Origin: an uncultured Alphaproteobacteria bacterium
Lineage (GTDB): Bacteria > Pseudomonadota > Alphaproteobacteria > CAVTAV01
Direction: 5' to 3'
Length of the DNA stretch: 64,000 bases
Assembly: GCA_963732795.1 (NCBI GenBank)
Contig: CAVTAV010000006.1
Span: 11,069-75,068 of the forward strand
The translations under genes and the position numbers were made by a program. A model generated the notes under the pieces. That model was not told where the DNA came from. It ran no database searches and saw only the letters and a program-made list of their open reading frames with translations. Positions 22,553 through 33,272 of the stretch are shown one piece after another (positions within the stretch are counted from its first letter, which is position 1; the number at the start of each line of letters is the position of its first letter).

Positions 22553-25500
22553 GTGCAATTCACGCGGCTGCGTCTATCGGGCTTTAAATCCTTCGTCGAT
22601 CCGACCGAGCTCGCGGTCGAGCCCGGCATGACGGCGATCGTCGGGCCGAACGGCTGCGGCAAGTCGAATCTCGTCGATGCGCTACGCTGGGTGATGGGCG
22701 AGAACTCGCCGAAAAGCATCCGCGGCGGCGGCATGGAGGATGTGATCTTCGCCGGCTCGGCCACCCGGCCCGCCCGCAACCTGGCGGAAGTCTCGCTGCT
22801 GATCGACAATGCGGCCCGCCGCGCCCCCGCCGCTTTCAACGATATGACCGAAATCGAGGTCTCGCGCCGCGTGGAGCGGGACAGCGGCTCGGCCTACCGC
22901 ATCAACGGCAAGGAAGTCCGGGCCCGCGACGTCCAGCTTCTGTTCGCCGACGCCGCCACCGGCGCCCATTCGCCCGCGCTTGTCGGCCAGGGCCGGATCA
23001 GCCAGCTCATCAACGACAAGCCGCGCGACCGCCGGGTCGTGCTCGAAGAGGCCGCCGGCATCAGCGGGCTCTATTCCCGCCGCCACGAAGCCGAACTCAG
23101 GCTCAGGGCGGCGGAGAACAATCTGACGCGGCTCCAGGACGTCATGGCCCAGCTCGAGGGCCAGCTCGGCAGCCTGAAGCGGCAGGCGCGCCAGGCCTCG
23201 CGCTATCGCAACCTCAGCGGCCATATCCGCTCGGCCGAGGCGATTCATCTCCATCTTCTCTGGACCGCCGCCCAGGAGGCGAGCGTCGAGGCCGATGCCC
23301 GGTTCGAAAAGGCCCGGGAGAATCTGGCCGAGACCACCCGCCTCGCCGCTGCCGCCAGCTCGGCCCAGAGCGAGGCGAGCGCCGCACTCCAGCCTTTGCG
23401 CGAGACCGAAGCCGCTGCCGGGGCCGCGCTGCACCGCCTGTCGGTGGCGCGGGATTCGCTCGAAGCCGAGGAAACCCGGATCCGCCAGGCGACCGAGCAG
23501 GTCAAGGCGCGGCTCGCCCAGATCGCCAGCGACGTCGCCCGCGAAAGCGCCCTGATCGAGGAAACCCAGGCGACCACCGCCGCGCTGGAGGCCGAGCAGG
23601 CGAAGCTCGAAGAGGCCCAGGCCGGCGAGGACACCGCCCGCCAGTCGGCGGAAGTGGCGGTCAGCAAGGCGGCGGAGGCCGCGCGCGAGGCCGAGGCCGA
23701 GTTCGATACGGTCAATTCGGAGGCCCATGCGCTCGCCGCGCGGCGCACCGCCCTCGAACGCCAGCTTGCCGATGCCGAGCGTCGCGTGGCACGGCTCCAG
23801 GAAGAGTTCGATTCGACGGAACTCGAGATCGAGGAATTGAAAGGCGAGGACGGGGGCGCCGAATTCGGCCGGCGATCTCGACGCCGCCGAAACCGAAGCC
23901 TCCGAAGCCGCCGCCAAAGCGCGTCAGGCGGTCGAGGAATCCGAAGGCGCGCGGCGCACGGCCGGCGAGGCGGAGGCCGAGGCGCGCGAGGCGCTTCAGG
24001 ATGCCCGCGCCGCCGATTCGCGGCTCGAAGCCGAGGCGTCCGCGCTGGCGAAGCTCCTCTCCTCGTCTAACGCGGCCGACTACCCGCCGTTGATCGATTC
24101 GGTGAAGGTGACCGCCGGTTACGAAGCGGCGTTCGGCGCGGCGCTCGGCGAGGAAGCCGATCTTCCGACCGATACGCGGGCGCCGATCCATTGGGAGAAT
24201 TTGCCGCCGCTCGCCGATGCGCCGGGCCTGCCCGAGGGCGCCGAGCCTTTGGCCAATTACGTCAAGGCGCCCGCCGAGCTCGCCCGCCGGCTGACCCAGA
24301 TCGGCCTCGTGAAGCCGGAAGACGGCGCGCGGCTCAGGGACCAGCTCAAGGCATCCCAGACCCTCGTCACCCGCGAAGGCGCGGTGTGGCGCTGGGACGG
24401 CTATACCGCCTCGTCCGATGCGCCAAGCGCCGCCGCCACCCGCCTGTCGCAGCGCAACCGGCTCGCCGAGCTCGAAAAGCTCCGCGCCGAAAAAACCGCC
24501 GAGCTCGATCGCCTCAAGGCGGCCTTCGAACAGGCCCGGGCCGATGCCCAGGCCGCGGTCGACGCCGAGAAAGCCGCCCGGCGCGACTGGCACGCCGCCG
24601 AGGAAGCGCTCGCCGCCGCCCGCCGCCAGCAGGCCGAGCAGGCCCGCCGCGCCGCCGAGCGGGATTCCCATCTCGGAGCCCTGACCAGCGCCGCCGAGCG
24701 CCTCGAATCCGACATCGCCGAGGCCAAATCCGCCGCCGAAGCCGCCCGGCAGGAACTGGAAGGCGCGTCCGGCGAGGACCAGCTCAAGCCGCGGCTCGAA
24801 GCCTTGCGCGCGACCGTCGAGGAGAAACGCGGCGCCCTCGCCGAGGCACGGAGCGCGCTTCAGAGCCTGACCCGCGAGAGCCAGATGCGCTCGGAGCGCC
24901 TCGCGGCCATCGCCAACGAACGCCGCGCCTGGGCCCAGCGCATCGCCAATGGCCACAAACAACTGAATGCCCTCGACGAGCGGTCCAAGCGCGACAAGGC
25001 GGAGCTCGCCGAGTTGGAGGAGCGGCCCAAGACCATCGAGACCCAGCGCACCGCGCTTCTGAGCGAGATCGCCACCGCCGAAAAGGAGCGCCAGGCCGCC
25101 GCCGATGCCCTCGCCGAGGCCGAGCAGAAGCTCGCCGAATGCGACAAGACCGCCAAGTTCGCCCAGGAAACCAACAGCCAGGCCCGCGAGGAGCGCGTGC
25201 GCGCCGAGGACGCCATCGAGCGGGCCAAGGAGCGGATCGCCGAGCTCGAGCGGCGCATCACCGAGACCGTCAACGCGACGCCCGACAAGCTTCTCGAAAT
25301 CGCCGAGGTCAAGCCGGATCAGGCTCTGCCGCCGGTCGAGGAGATCGAGCGCAAGATCGAGCGCCTGAAGCGGGAGCGCGACACCATGGGTCCGGTCAAT
25401 CTCCGCGCCGAGGCCGAGGCCCAGGAGTTGACCGAGCAGATCGACGGCATGGCCGCCGAGCGCGCCGATCTCGAAGCCGCGATCGCCCGGCTGCGCCAGG

Positions 25501-26012
25501 CGATCGGCGGACTGAACCGCGAGGGCCGCGAGCGCCTGTTGCAGGCCTTCGAGCAGGTGAACGGTCATTTCTCGCGGCTGTTCACTCAGCTTTTCGGCGG
25601 TGGCCAGGCCCACCTGACCCTGACCGAATCCGAGGATCCGCTCGAAGCCGGGCTTGAGATCATGGCGAGCCCGCCGGGCAAGAAGCTTCAGGTGCTCTCG
25701 CTGCTCTCGGGCGGCGAGCAGGCCCTGACCGCAACCGCACTCATTTTCGCGGTGTTCATGACCAACCCCTCGCCGATCTGCGTGCTGGACGAGGTAGACG
25801 CGCCGCTGGACGAGGCCAATGTGCTGCGGTTCTGCGAGCTCGTCGAAGAGATGACCCGCCAGACCGAGACCCGCTTCCTGGTGATCTCCCACAACCCGAT
25901 CACCATGGCCCGCATGAACCGCCTGTTCGGCGTCACCATGGCCGAACGCGGCGTCTCCCAGCTGGTCTCGGTGGATTTAGAGGGCGTCGAGCGGCTTAGA
26001 GCCGCGGAATAG
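22553..26012 (+). pseudogene. smc: chromosome segregation protein SMC, one frameshift near 23866
   Basis: ORF 22535..24070: VQFTRLRLSGFKSFVDPTELAVEPGMTAIVGPNGCGKSNLVDALRWVMGE, then coiled coil. ORF 24090..26012: hinge, second coiled coil, LSLLSGGEQALTATALIFAVF...PICVLDEVDAPLDEANV. The break lies in GGCCGGC at about 23866. Confidence 0.9.
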
Positions 26013-26158
26013 GCGCTATGGGCGTCGCCAGAGCGAATCCCATGCTGCGACATTTGCCGCAATGCAAGGTCGGTGGCCGCTCCCGCACCACAGCACCGAT
26101 GATCGGAAAGCCACGTTTTTGTAATTTTTTCAACACCTTAGGCGGCACCCAGTCTTTC

Positions 26159-26187
26159 TTGACAGGGTATGGGCCAGTCACTATTGT
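26159..26187 (+). promoter_or_regulatory. candidate sigma70-type promoter of the F0 operon (TTGACA-N17-TATTGT)
   Basis: TTGACA 26159..26164, a 17-nt spacer, then TATTGT 26182..26187. About 93 nt upstream of atpI, in an AT-richer spacer. Confidence 0.4.
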
Positions 26188-26279
26188 GCACTCGCTTTTC
26201 GGCGTCGGGCTGGCAAATTGCGTGTGATTTCCGAGCGTCGGCGGGCTTGGGGAGGATGGCGGGCCGCAGGGGTTGTTGA

Positions 26280-26645
26280 ATGACCGATGGCGACCGTCGC
26301 CCTTCGCTTGAAGACCTTGAATCCCGCCTCGAAAAAGCACGCGAGAAGAGCCGGCCTCGTTCGTCCGGATTGTCCGCCAAGGATGGCAACGCCCTGGGGG
26401 TGGCGGTCAGACTTGGCGTCGAGTTCGTGGCAGGAATCGCGGTCGGCAGCATCATCGGATTCTTCCTCGACAAGTGGCTTGGAACGACGCCGTGGCTCTT
26501 CCTGGTGTTCTTTGTGCTCGGAACGGGTGCCGGCTTTCTGAATGTGTTTCGATCGGCGAAACAAATGGGCCTGATGGGGCCCGGCGGATCCGCCAAGCCG
26601 GAGAACGGCGAAGACGGGCCCGGGGACGCCGGATCGACGAACTGA
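26280..26645 (+). CDS. atpI: ATP synthase protein I (AtpI-like)
   Basis: 121-aa ORF directly upstream of atpB. Two hydrophobic helices (LGVEFVAGIAVGSIIGFFLDKWLGTTPWLFLVFFVLGTGAGFLNVF). Confidence 0.75.
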   Translation: MTDGDRRPSLEDLESRLEKAREKSRPRSSGLSAKDGNALGVAVRLGVEFVAGIAVGSIIGFFLDKWLGTTPWLFLVFFVLGTGAGFLNVFRSAKQMGLMGPGGSAKPENGEDGPGDAGSTN

Positions 26646-26696
26646 GTGAACCGCCGCTGTTTAGGCCGCGCCTAGAGATGATCTGACGGAGCCGAC

Positions 26697-27422
26697 GTGC
26701 ACAGCCCCCTCGAACAATTCGAAATCCACCGCCTGATCCATCTCAATCTCGGCGGGTTGGATGCTTCCTTCACCAATGCCTCGCTTTTCATGGTCATCGT
26801 CTCCGTGCTGGTGACGATGCTGCTGACCCTGCCGATGCGCCGCGCCGCCATGGTGCCGGGCCGCTGGCAGTCGGTCGGCGAAATGCTCTACGAGTTCATC
26901 GCCAGCATGTTGAGCGACAATGCGGGCAAGGGCTCGGCGAAATATTTCCCCTTCGTCTTCACCCTGTTCATGTTCATCCTGGGCTGCAACCTGATGGGCC
27001 TCGTGCCCTTCTCCTATACGGTGACCAGTCAGATCGTCGTCACCTTCGCCTTCGCCCTCGCGATCAATCTCGGCGTCACGGTCATCGGCCTGATCAAGCA
27101 CGGGCCGGCCTGGCTCAAGCTGTTCGTGCCGAGCGGCGTGCCTTGGTACCTCCTGGGCATTCTGGTGCCGATCGAGATCGTGTCCTATCTCAGCCGGCCG
27201 ATGAGCCTGTCGGTTCGTCTGTTCGCCAATATGATGGGCGGCCATACGATCCTGAAGGTATTCGGCGGCTTTGTGGTGATGCTGGGCGTGTTCGGCGTGG
27301 TGCCGTGGCTCTTCATCGTCGCCGCCACCGCGCTTGAATTTCTCGTCGCCGTGCTGCAGGCCTATGTCTTCGCGATCCTGACCTGCATCTATTTGAGCGA
27401 TGCTTTGCATGTGAAGCACTGA
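26697..27422 (+). CDS. atpB: F0F1 ATP synthase subunit a
   Basis: 241-aa ORF (GTG start). SPLEQFEI, SLSVRLFANMMGGH, LEFLVAVLQAYVFAILTCIYL. Confidence 0.93.
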   Translation: MHSPLEQFEIHRLIHLNLGGLDASFTNASLFMVIVSVLVTMLLTLPMRRAAMVPGRWQSVGEMLYEFIASMLSDNAGKGSAKYFPFVFTLFMFILGCNLMGLVPFSYTVTSQIVVTFAFALAINLGVTVIGLIKHGPAWLKLFVPSGVPWYLLGILVPIEIVSYLSRPMSLSVRLFANMMGGHTILKVFGGFVVMLGVFGVVPWLFIVAATALEFLVAVLQAYVFAILTCIYLSDALHVKH

Positions 27423-27478
27423 GAACGGATCACTTTTCCACTTTTTCACCTCTTAAATCCACTAGAAGGAACTCAATC

Positions 27479-27703
27479 ATGGACGTTGAAGCAGCAAGGA
27501 TGATCGGCGCGGGTCTCGCGACCAGCGGCCTTATCGGCGCTGGTGTCGGCATCGGCATCATTTTCGGTCAGTTCCTGCAGGGCGCGCTGCGCAATCCGAG
27601 CGCGGCCGACAGCCAGTTCGGCCGGGCGCTTCTCGGCTTCGCACTTTGCGAAGCGACGGGTCTTTACGGCCTCGTGGTAGCCTTCATCATCCTTTTCACG
27701 TAG
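27479..27703 (+). CDS. atpE: F0F1 ATP synthase subunit c
   Basis: 74-aa ORF. Two-helix hairpin with RNPS loop and FALCEATGLYGLVVAFIILF (carboxylate Glu). Confidence 0.93.
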   Translation: MDVEAARMIGAGLATSGLIGAGVGIGIIFGQFLQGALRNPSAADSQFGRALLGFALCEATGLYGLVVAFIILFT

Positions 27704-27740
27704 GACAGGCGATCATTTCGGCCCCGACGGGAAGTCGTTC

Positions 27741-28229
27741 ATGCCTCAACTCGACATCGGAACCTACGCGCCTCAGCTGATCTGGCTGGCGATCGTCTTC
27801 ATCGCGCTGTACCTCGTGATGTCGTGGAAAGTCTTGCCGCGGATCGGGACCGTGCTCGGCGAACGGCGCGACCGGATCGAAGGCGATCTCTCCGACGCCG
27901 AGCAGTTCAAGAAGAACGCCGAAAAGGCGTTCGCGGACTACGAGGAGAAGCTTGCCGAGGCCCGGGCCAAGGCCCAGGAGATCGTCAAGGTGTCCCAGGA
28001 CAAGGCCAGGGCCGAGATCGAGGCGCGCCAGAGCGAGCTCAGTGCCGATCTGGCCAAGAAGGGCGAGGAATCGGCCGCTCAGATCGAGAAGGCCAAGACC
28101 GAGGCGCTGAGCCATATCCGCGAGGTCGCTTCGGATGCGGCGGGCGCGATCGTCGAGCGGCTGATCGGGACCGAGCCGAAATCCGACGATATCCGCGCCG
28201 CCGTCGACGCGGCGACGAGCAACCGCTAG
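27741..28229 (+). CDS. F0F1 ATP synthase subunit b'
   Basis: 162-aa ORF. MPQLDIGTYAPQLIWLAIVFIALYLVM followed by a long charged helix. Sits between atpE and atpF, as in alphaproteobacteria. Confidence 0.88.
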   Translation: MPQLDIGTYAPQLIWLAIVFIALYLVMSWKVLPRIGTVLGERRDRIEGDLSDAEQFKKNAEKAFADYEEKLAEARAKAQEIVKVSQDKARAEIEARQSELSADLAKKGEESAAQIEKAKTEALSHIREVASDAAGAIVERLIGTEPKSDDIRAAVDAATSNR

Positions 28230-28237
28230 GACCGGAC

Positions 28238-28726
28238 ATGGAAGAAGAACTCCCGGAAATCTGGGTCGCCGTCGGCTTCTTCGCCTTCCTCGCGATCCTG
28301 GTCTATTACAAGGTCCACCAGAAGGTGACGGCCATGCTCGACGCGCGGTCCGCCGAGATCAAGGCCAAGCTCGACGAGGCCCGGCAGCTTCGCGACGAAG
28401 CCCGCGAGCTCCTGAATTCCTACGAGAAGAAGCTGCGCGAGGCCGAGCAGGAAGCCGCCGACATCGTCGCCCAGGCCCAGACCGACGCCAAGGTTCTCGC
28501 CAAGGAGGCCCACGACAATCTGGAAGCCTCGCTGGCCCGGCGCGCCAAGCTCGCCGAGGAAAAGATCGCCCAGGCCGAGGCGAGCGCGCTCCGCGAGGTT
28601 CGGCAGGCCGCCGTCGACGTCGCCGCCAAGGCCGCCGGGAACCTGATCGCCGAAACCCTCGAGCCGGCCCGCTCCAAGGCGCTGATCGACCAGGCGATCA
28701 AGGACTTGAACGGCAAGCTGAATTAA
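28238..28726 (+). CDS. atpF: F0F1 ATP synthase subunit b
   Basis: ATG at 28238 within ORF 27824..28726. EIWVAVGFFAFLAILVYYKV followed by a charged coiled helix. Confidence 0.88.
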   Translation: MEEELPEIWVAVGFFAFLAILVYYKVHQKVTAMLDARSAEIKAKLDEARQLRDEARELLNSYEKKLREAEQEAADIVAQAQTDAKVLAKEAHDNLEASLARRAKLAEEKIAQAEASALREVRQAAVDVAAKAAGNLIAETLEPARSKALIDQAIKDLNGKLN

Positions 28727-28739
28727 GCGGCCAATTTTC

Positions 28740-28819
28740 CGTCATCGCGAGGCGCGCCAGCGCCGCGGCGATCCACGCGGCCTGGATTGCCGCGCTCCCT
28801 ACGGTCGCTCGCAATGACG
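28740..28819. repeat. short intergenic palindromic repeat, family A (copy 2)
   Basis: CGTCATCGCGAGGCGCGCCAGCGCCGCGGCGATCCACGCGGCCTGGATTGCCGCGCTCCCTACGGTCGCTCGCAATGACG. Terminal inverted repeats. Lies between the convergent genes atpF and gcvH. Confidence 0.75.
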
Positions 28820-28829
28820 ATTGAGCGGG

Positions 28830-29207
28830 CTACTCCAGCCCCCTGACATACTCGGCATAGGCCGCCGCCGTCATCAGGCCCTCATAGTCGGGCGAGCCTT
28901 CGAGCTTGATGCTGAAGAACCAGCCCTCGCCTTCCGGATCCTTGTTGACCAGATCCGGCTCGCCATCGAGCGCCGTGTTGACCGTGCTGACCATGCCGGC
29001 GATGGGGCTATAGACCTCGCTCGCTGTCTTGACGGATTCGACCACCGCCGCCTGCTCGCCCTTGGCGAAGCTCACGCCGAGCGCCGGAAGCTCGACATAG
29101 ACGATGTCGCCGAGGGTCGCCTGGGCGTAATCGGTAATGCCGACGCGCGCCTCGCCGCCGTCAAGCCGAACCCACTGATGTTCCTTGGAATAGAAGGCTT
29201 CGGCCAT
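28830..29207 (-). CDS. gcvH: glycine cleavage system H protein (lipoyl carrier)
   Basis: 125-aa ORF. HQWVRLDGGEARVGITDYAQ, lipoyl-lysine motif VESVKTASEVYSPI, DPEGEGWFF. Confidence 0.9.
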   Translation of the reverse strand: MAEAFYSKEHQWVRLDGGEARVGITDYAQATLGDIVYVELPALGVSFAKGEQAAVVESVKTASEVYSPIAGMVSTVNTALDGEPDLVNKDPEGEGWFFSIKLEGSPDYEGLMTAAAYAEYVRGLE

Positions 29208-29219
29208 TATCGGCCCCGG

Positions 29220-29834
29220 TCATTGGAAGACGTTGTATTCGAGCTCGGGCTTGGAGAGTTGGAAGCCGATCAGGACCTGGTAGTCGGCGAGCTGCTGGTC
29301 GATTCTCGGACCTTCGGCCTCGGGATTCTGGTCGCGGCGGCGGCGTTTGCGCCGCGCCTTTTCCTGCTCCTTGGCGCTCTGGCTGATGCTGTTGAAATAG
29401 AGCGTGGAGTTGAAGGACTCGACGACGGCCTTGCGCTTTTCGTCGGGCGCGAAGTCGAACTTGCTCGAATAGACCTTCTTCTGGATCATCTTGCCGCGAT
29501 AGAGCACGGCGACGAAGAACGGGAACTCGACCGAGCTCTGACTTACGCCTTCATTGCGCGAGGCGACCTCGAGGAACGACATCTTGATCTCGACATTGCT
29601 GCGGTTTCGCTCGCACCTGACCCTGAGCCCCGAGATATCGCTGCGGAAGGTGTAAGGCTTGCTCCGACCACCCGGGCCGAACAGGCTCATCGTGCCGGTA
29701 TCGCCGAGAATCGAGACCGTCGGGCAGTCGCGAATTGCGGTCTGATACCGCTCCGTCTTGGTGCCGGCGCAACCGGCAAGCGCGAGGCTTGCCAAGGCCG
29801 CCAGGACAATCGCCGACCGGGCCGAAACGCGCAT
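29220..29834 (-). CDS. hypothetical lipoprotein
   Basis: ORF 29220..29843. MRVSARSAIVLAALASLALAGCAG (lipobox). Highly basic stretch KARRKRRRRD. The stop is 12 nt upstream of the gcvH ATG. No family recognised. Confidence 0.6.
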   Translation of the reverse strand: MRVSARSAIVLAALASLALAGCAGTKTERYQTAIRDCPTVSILGDTGTMSLFGPGGRSKPYTFRSDISGLRVRCERNRSNVEIKMSFLEVASRNEGVSQSSVEFPFFVAVLYRGKMIQKKVYSSKFDFAPDEKRKAVVESFNSTLYFNSISQSAKEQEKARRKRRRRDQNPEAEGPRIDQQLADYQVLIGFQLSKPELEYNVFQ

Positions 29835-30112
29835 GGTAATCATCTCTTATGAATCTTGTGTGACTGAATCCGGTGTCCCGACGAGAAGACCGAATTACGG
29901 ACTTTGCGCCAGATTAGGTCTTGCTCCCCTCGCCCGTGGATGACAAATATGCGGTGCGTTTGCGGGACGAAGTCCCCGGCGCCCAGACCTTGAAAACTCG
30001 GCGCCCATACTAGGTAACAGGGCGAGCGAGCACAAGGACGGAAAGCAAGGCCGCCCGGCTCCGGAGGCGGGGGACGCCGGAGACAGCGAGGCGGGATCGG
30101 ACACGAGACGTA

Positions 30113-31054
30113 ATGATGAAGCCGGCCCTCAAGATCCTCATCGCAAGCCCGCGGGGCTTCTGCGCCGGCGTCGACCGGGCGATCCAGATCGTCAAGGCCG
30201 CTCTGGACCGTTTCGGCCCGCCGGTCTATGTCCGTCACGAAATCGTGCACAACCGGTATGTCGTCGAGGATCTGGAGGCCGCGGGCGCCGTTTTCGTCGA
30301 GGAGCTCGAAGAGGTGCCGGGCGACGCGCCGGTGGTCTTCTCGGCCCATGGGGTCCCGAAATCGGTTACGGCCGATGCCAAGTCGCGCAATATCCTCTAT
30401 CTCGACGCCACCTGCCCGCTGGTGAGCAAGGTTCACCGCGAGGCCGAGCGCCATCAAAGGCTCGGCCGCCACATCATCCTGATCGGCCATGCCGGCCATC
30501 CCGAAGTGATCGGCACCATGGGACAGCTGCCCGAAGGCTGGATCAGCCTCGTCGAAGACGTCGAGGACGTCCGGTCGGTCGACGTGCCGAGCGACAGACC
30601 GCTCGCCTATATCACCCAGACCACCCTCTCTGTGGACGACACGGCCGAGATCGTCGCCGCGCTCAAGGCCCGGTTCCCGGATATCGCCAGCCCGCGCAAG
30701 GAAGACATCTGCTACGCCACCACCAACCGGCAGGACGCCGTCAAGGAGATCGCCGAGCATTGCGACGCCATGCTGGTGATCGGCGCGCCGAATTCGTCGA
30801 ACTCCGTGCGGCTGGTCGAGGTAGCCGGCCGCTACGGCTGCCGAGCGGCCCTGGTGCAGCGGGCGGGCGATATCGACTGGAACCGGCTCGACGGCGCCCG
30901 AACCGTCGGCATCACCGCCGGCGCCTCGGCTCCGGAAGTCCTGGTCCAGGAAGTTCTCGCCGCGTTCCGCGCGCGGTTCGACATCTCCATCGAAGAGGTG
31001 CGGACCACCGAGGAGAGTATCCGCTTCAAGCTGCCTGCCGCCTTGACCGCTTGA
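30113..31054 (+). CDS. ispH: 4-hydroxy-3-methylbut-2-enyl diphosphate reductase
   Basis: 313-aa [69 protein letters not shown]. Confidence 0.93.
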   Translation: MMKPALKILIASPRGFCAGVDRAIQIVKAALDRFGPPVYVRHEIVHNRYVVEDLEAAGAVFVEELEEVPGDAPVVFSAHGVPKSVTADAKSRNILYLDATCPLVSKVHREAERHQRLGRHIILIGHAGHPEVIGTMGQLPEGWISLVEDVEDVRSVDVPSDRPLAYITQTTLSVDDTAEIVAALKARFPDIASPRKEDICYATTNRQDAVKEIAEHCDAMLVIGAPNSSNSVRLVEVAGRYGCRAALVQRAGDIDWNRLDGARTVGITAGASAPEVLVQEVLAAFRARFDISIEEVRTTEESIRFKLPAALTA

Positions 31055-31085
31055 CCGCCCGACCGCGCTCGGACACGCTCCCTCC

Positions 31086-32048
31086 ATGGCCGTCTATACC
31101 GAAGTCGCCGACGATGCGTTGGCCGAATTTCTCGCCGATTATGACCTCGGCGCGGTAACCGCGTTCAAGGGCATCGCGGAGGGCGTCGAAAATTCGAACT
31201 ACCTGCTCGAAACCGACAAGGGCGGCTATATCCTCACCCTCTACGAGAAGCGGGTGAATGCCGAGGATCTGCCGTTCTTTCTGGGGCTGATGGACCACCT
31301 GGCGGCGAACGGCTTCCCGTGTCCCGTCCCGGTCCATGCCAAGGACGGGAAGGCGCTGCGCCGGCTGTGCAACCGGAACGCCGCCGTCATCACCTTTCTG
31401 CGCGGGGTTTCAGTGCACCATCCGAGCCCGGACCATTGCCGTGCTGTCGGCGCGGCCCTCGCTCGGCTGCATCTAGCGGGTGACGGCTTCAGGATGCGGC
31501 GTGAGAATGACCTGTCGGTCGAAGGATGGCTAAAGCTAGTCGACGCCTGCAAGGCGCGCGCGGACGAGTTCGTTGAAGGCCTCGGTCAAGAGCTCTACGA
31601 CGAGCTCATCGAGATTCGGGGTCAATGGCCCGACACTCTGCCCAAGGGCGTCATCCATGCCGATTTGTTCCCTGACAATGTGTTCTTCCTCGGGCCCGAG
31701 CTTTCGGGCGTGATCGATTTCTACTTCGCCTGCAATGACTTCTTCGCCTATGACATCGCGGTCTGCCTCAACGCCTGGTGCTTCGAAGCCGACCGGTCGT
31801 TCAACGTCACCAAGGCGCGCAACATGATCTCGGCCTATCAGACGGTGCGACCGCTCACCGACGAGGAGCTTCGCCTCCTGCCGCTCCTGGCGAGGGGCGC
31901 GGCCATGCGGTTTCTGCTGACACGGCTTTTCGACTGGCTGAACCGGGTCGACGGCGCGCTGGTCAAGGTCAAGGACCCCAAGGAATATCTTTTCCGCCAG
32001 CGATTCCACCGCACCGTTTCCGGCCCTGCGGCCTACGGGATCGTCTGA
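31086..32048 (+). CDS. thrB: homoserine kinase, protein-kinase-fold type (ThrB alternative form)
   Basis: 320-aa [58 protein letters not shown]. Confidence 0.88.
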   Translation: MAVYTEVADDALAEFLADYDLGAVTAFKGIAEGVENSNYLLETDKGGYILTLYEKRVNAEDLPFFLGLMDHLAANGFPCPVPVHAKDGKALRRLCNRNAAVITFLRGVSVHHPSPDHCRAVGAALARLHLAGDGFRMRRENDLSVEGWLKLVDACKARADEFVEGLGQELYDELIEIRGQWPDTLPKGVIHADLFPDNVFFLGPELSGVIDFYFACNDFFAYDIAVCLNAWCFEADRSFNVTKARNMISAYQTVRPLTDEELRLLPLLARGAAMRFLLTRLFDWLNRVDGALVKVKDPKEYLFRQRFHRTVSGPAAYGIV

Positions 32049-32488
32049 TGGCGGGGGAGGCTGTCGACATCTATACCGATGGCGCCTGCTCGGGAAATCC
32101 GGGACCAGGCGGCTGGGGCGCCCTTCTGGTCTCGGGCGAGCGCGAGAAGGAGCTCTGGGGCGGGGCTCGGGAGACCACCAACAACCGCATGGAGATCATG
32201 GCCGCGATCCAGGCGCTCAAGGCGCTCAAAAGGCCCTGCAAGATCCGGCTTCATACCGACAGCCAGTACTTGAAGCAGGGTATCACCGACTGGATCAAGA
32301 AATGGAAGCGGAACGGCTGGCGCACCGCCGACCGGAAGCCGGTCAAGAATGTCGACCTCTGGCAGGCCCTCGAAGCCGAGCTCGAAACCCACGACGTCAA
32401 ATGGATCTGGGTCAAAGGCCATGCCGGCCACGACGGCAACGAACGCGCCGACGCCCTGGCCAATCGCGGGCTTGGGGATTATCGGTGA
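32048..32488 (+). CDS. rnhA: ribonuclease HI
   Basis: The ATG overlaps the thrB stop (TGATG). [63 protein letters not shown]. Confidence 0.92.
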   Translation: MAGEAVDIYTDGACSGNPGPGGWGALLVSGEREKELWGGARETTNNRMEIMAAIQALKALKRPCKIRLHTDSQYLKQGITDWIKKWKRNGWRTADRKPVKNVDLWQALEAELETHDVKWIWVKGHAGHDGNERADALANRGLGDYR

Positions 32489-32490
32489 CG

Positions 32491-32618
32491 CCGAAGCGGC
32501 TCCCCTATCACCCCCATCCAACCTTCCCCCATCGAGGGGGAAGGCTTTAGGGAGCGCTCCATCAATTCCTCCCCCTTGATGGGGAGGCCCGGTGGGGGCG
32601 ATGCCGGAGCCGCTTCGG
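32491..32618. repeat. 128-nt nested palindromic element in the rnhA / peroxiredoxin convergent spacer
   Basis: Outer perfect 13-nt inverted repeat CCGAAGCGGCTCC (32491..32503) / GGAGCCGCTTCGG (32606..32618). It encloses two hairpins: CCTTCCCCC-atcga-GGGGGAAGG (32522..32544) and CCTCCCC-cttgat-GGGGAGG (32568..32587). Confidence 0.75.
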
Positions 32619-32634
32619 AAGAGCGGCGATTTTC

Positions 32635-33117
32635 CTATAGCTGGCTCAGCGCCGTTTCCGCAGAGGACACCTCGAAGGCGCCCGGCTTCTCGATATTGAG
32701 CTTGGTGACCACGCCGTCCTCGGCGATCAGGGAATAGCGCTGGCTGCGCTTGCCCATGCCGAAGCCCTTGCCGTCGAGCTCGAGGCCCATGGCCTTGGTG
32801 AACTCGCCGTTGCCGTCGGCCAGCATCATGACCTTGCCGTCGGCCTGCTGGTCCTTGCCCCAGGCGTTCATGACGAAGACGTCGTTCACCGACACGCAGG
32901 CGATGGTGTCCACGCCCTTGGCCGTGATCTCACCGGCCTTGTTGACGAAGCCGGGGAGATGCTTGGCCGAGCAGGTCGGCGTGAAGGCGCCCGGAACGGC
33001 GAACAGCACGACCTTCTTGCCCTTGAAGATGTCCGAGGTCGTGATCGGCGCCGGCCCGTCCGGCGTCATGCGGGTCAGCTTGGCTTCGGGGATCTTGTCT
33101 CCAACTTTGATCGACAT
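32635..33117 (-). CDS. peroxiredoxin (Prx5-like, AhpC/TSA family)
   Basis: ORF 32635..33210, start taken at [10 protein letters not shown] (33117). [13 protein letters not shown] peroxidatic Cys motif, [12 protein letters not shown]. Confidence 0.88.
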   Translation of the reverse strand: MSIKVGDKIPEAKLTRMTPDGPAPITTSDIFKGKKVVLFAVPGAFTPTCSAKHLPGFVNKAGEITAKGVDTIACVSVNDVFVMNAWGKDQQADGKVMMLADGNGEFTKAMGLELDGKGFGMGKRSQRYSLIAEDGVVTKLNIEKPGAFEVSSAETALSQL

Positions 33118-33272
33118 GGCATCCTCTTGGTTGATGGGTGGTAGGAGGCGCACGGCTCGGCCCCCCTGGAAAGGTTCGGCAAGGTTTACCGCGTTTGGCC
33201 GGCTCTGCAAAGATGGCGGAGCTGAAACCGCTGGGCCTTGTGATTGCGGGGGTTTAGCGCCATGTTGATGGG

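Noticed and set aside
26018-26227. The 69-aa ORF in the smc-atpI spacer.
   Set aside because: It has no SD, atypical composition and no recognisable motif. The region is better explained as the F0 operon promoter/leader.
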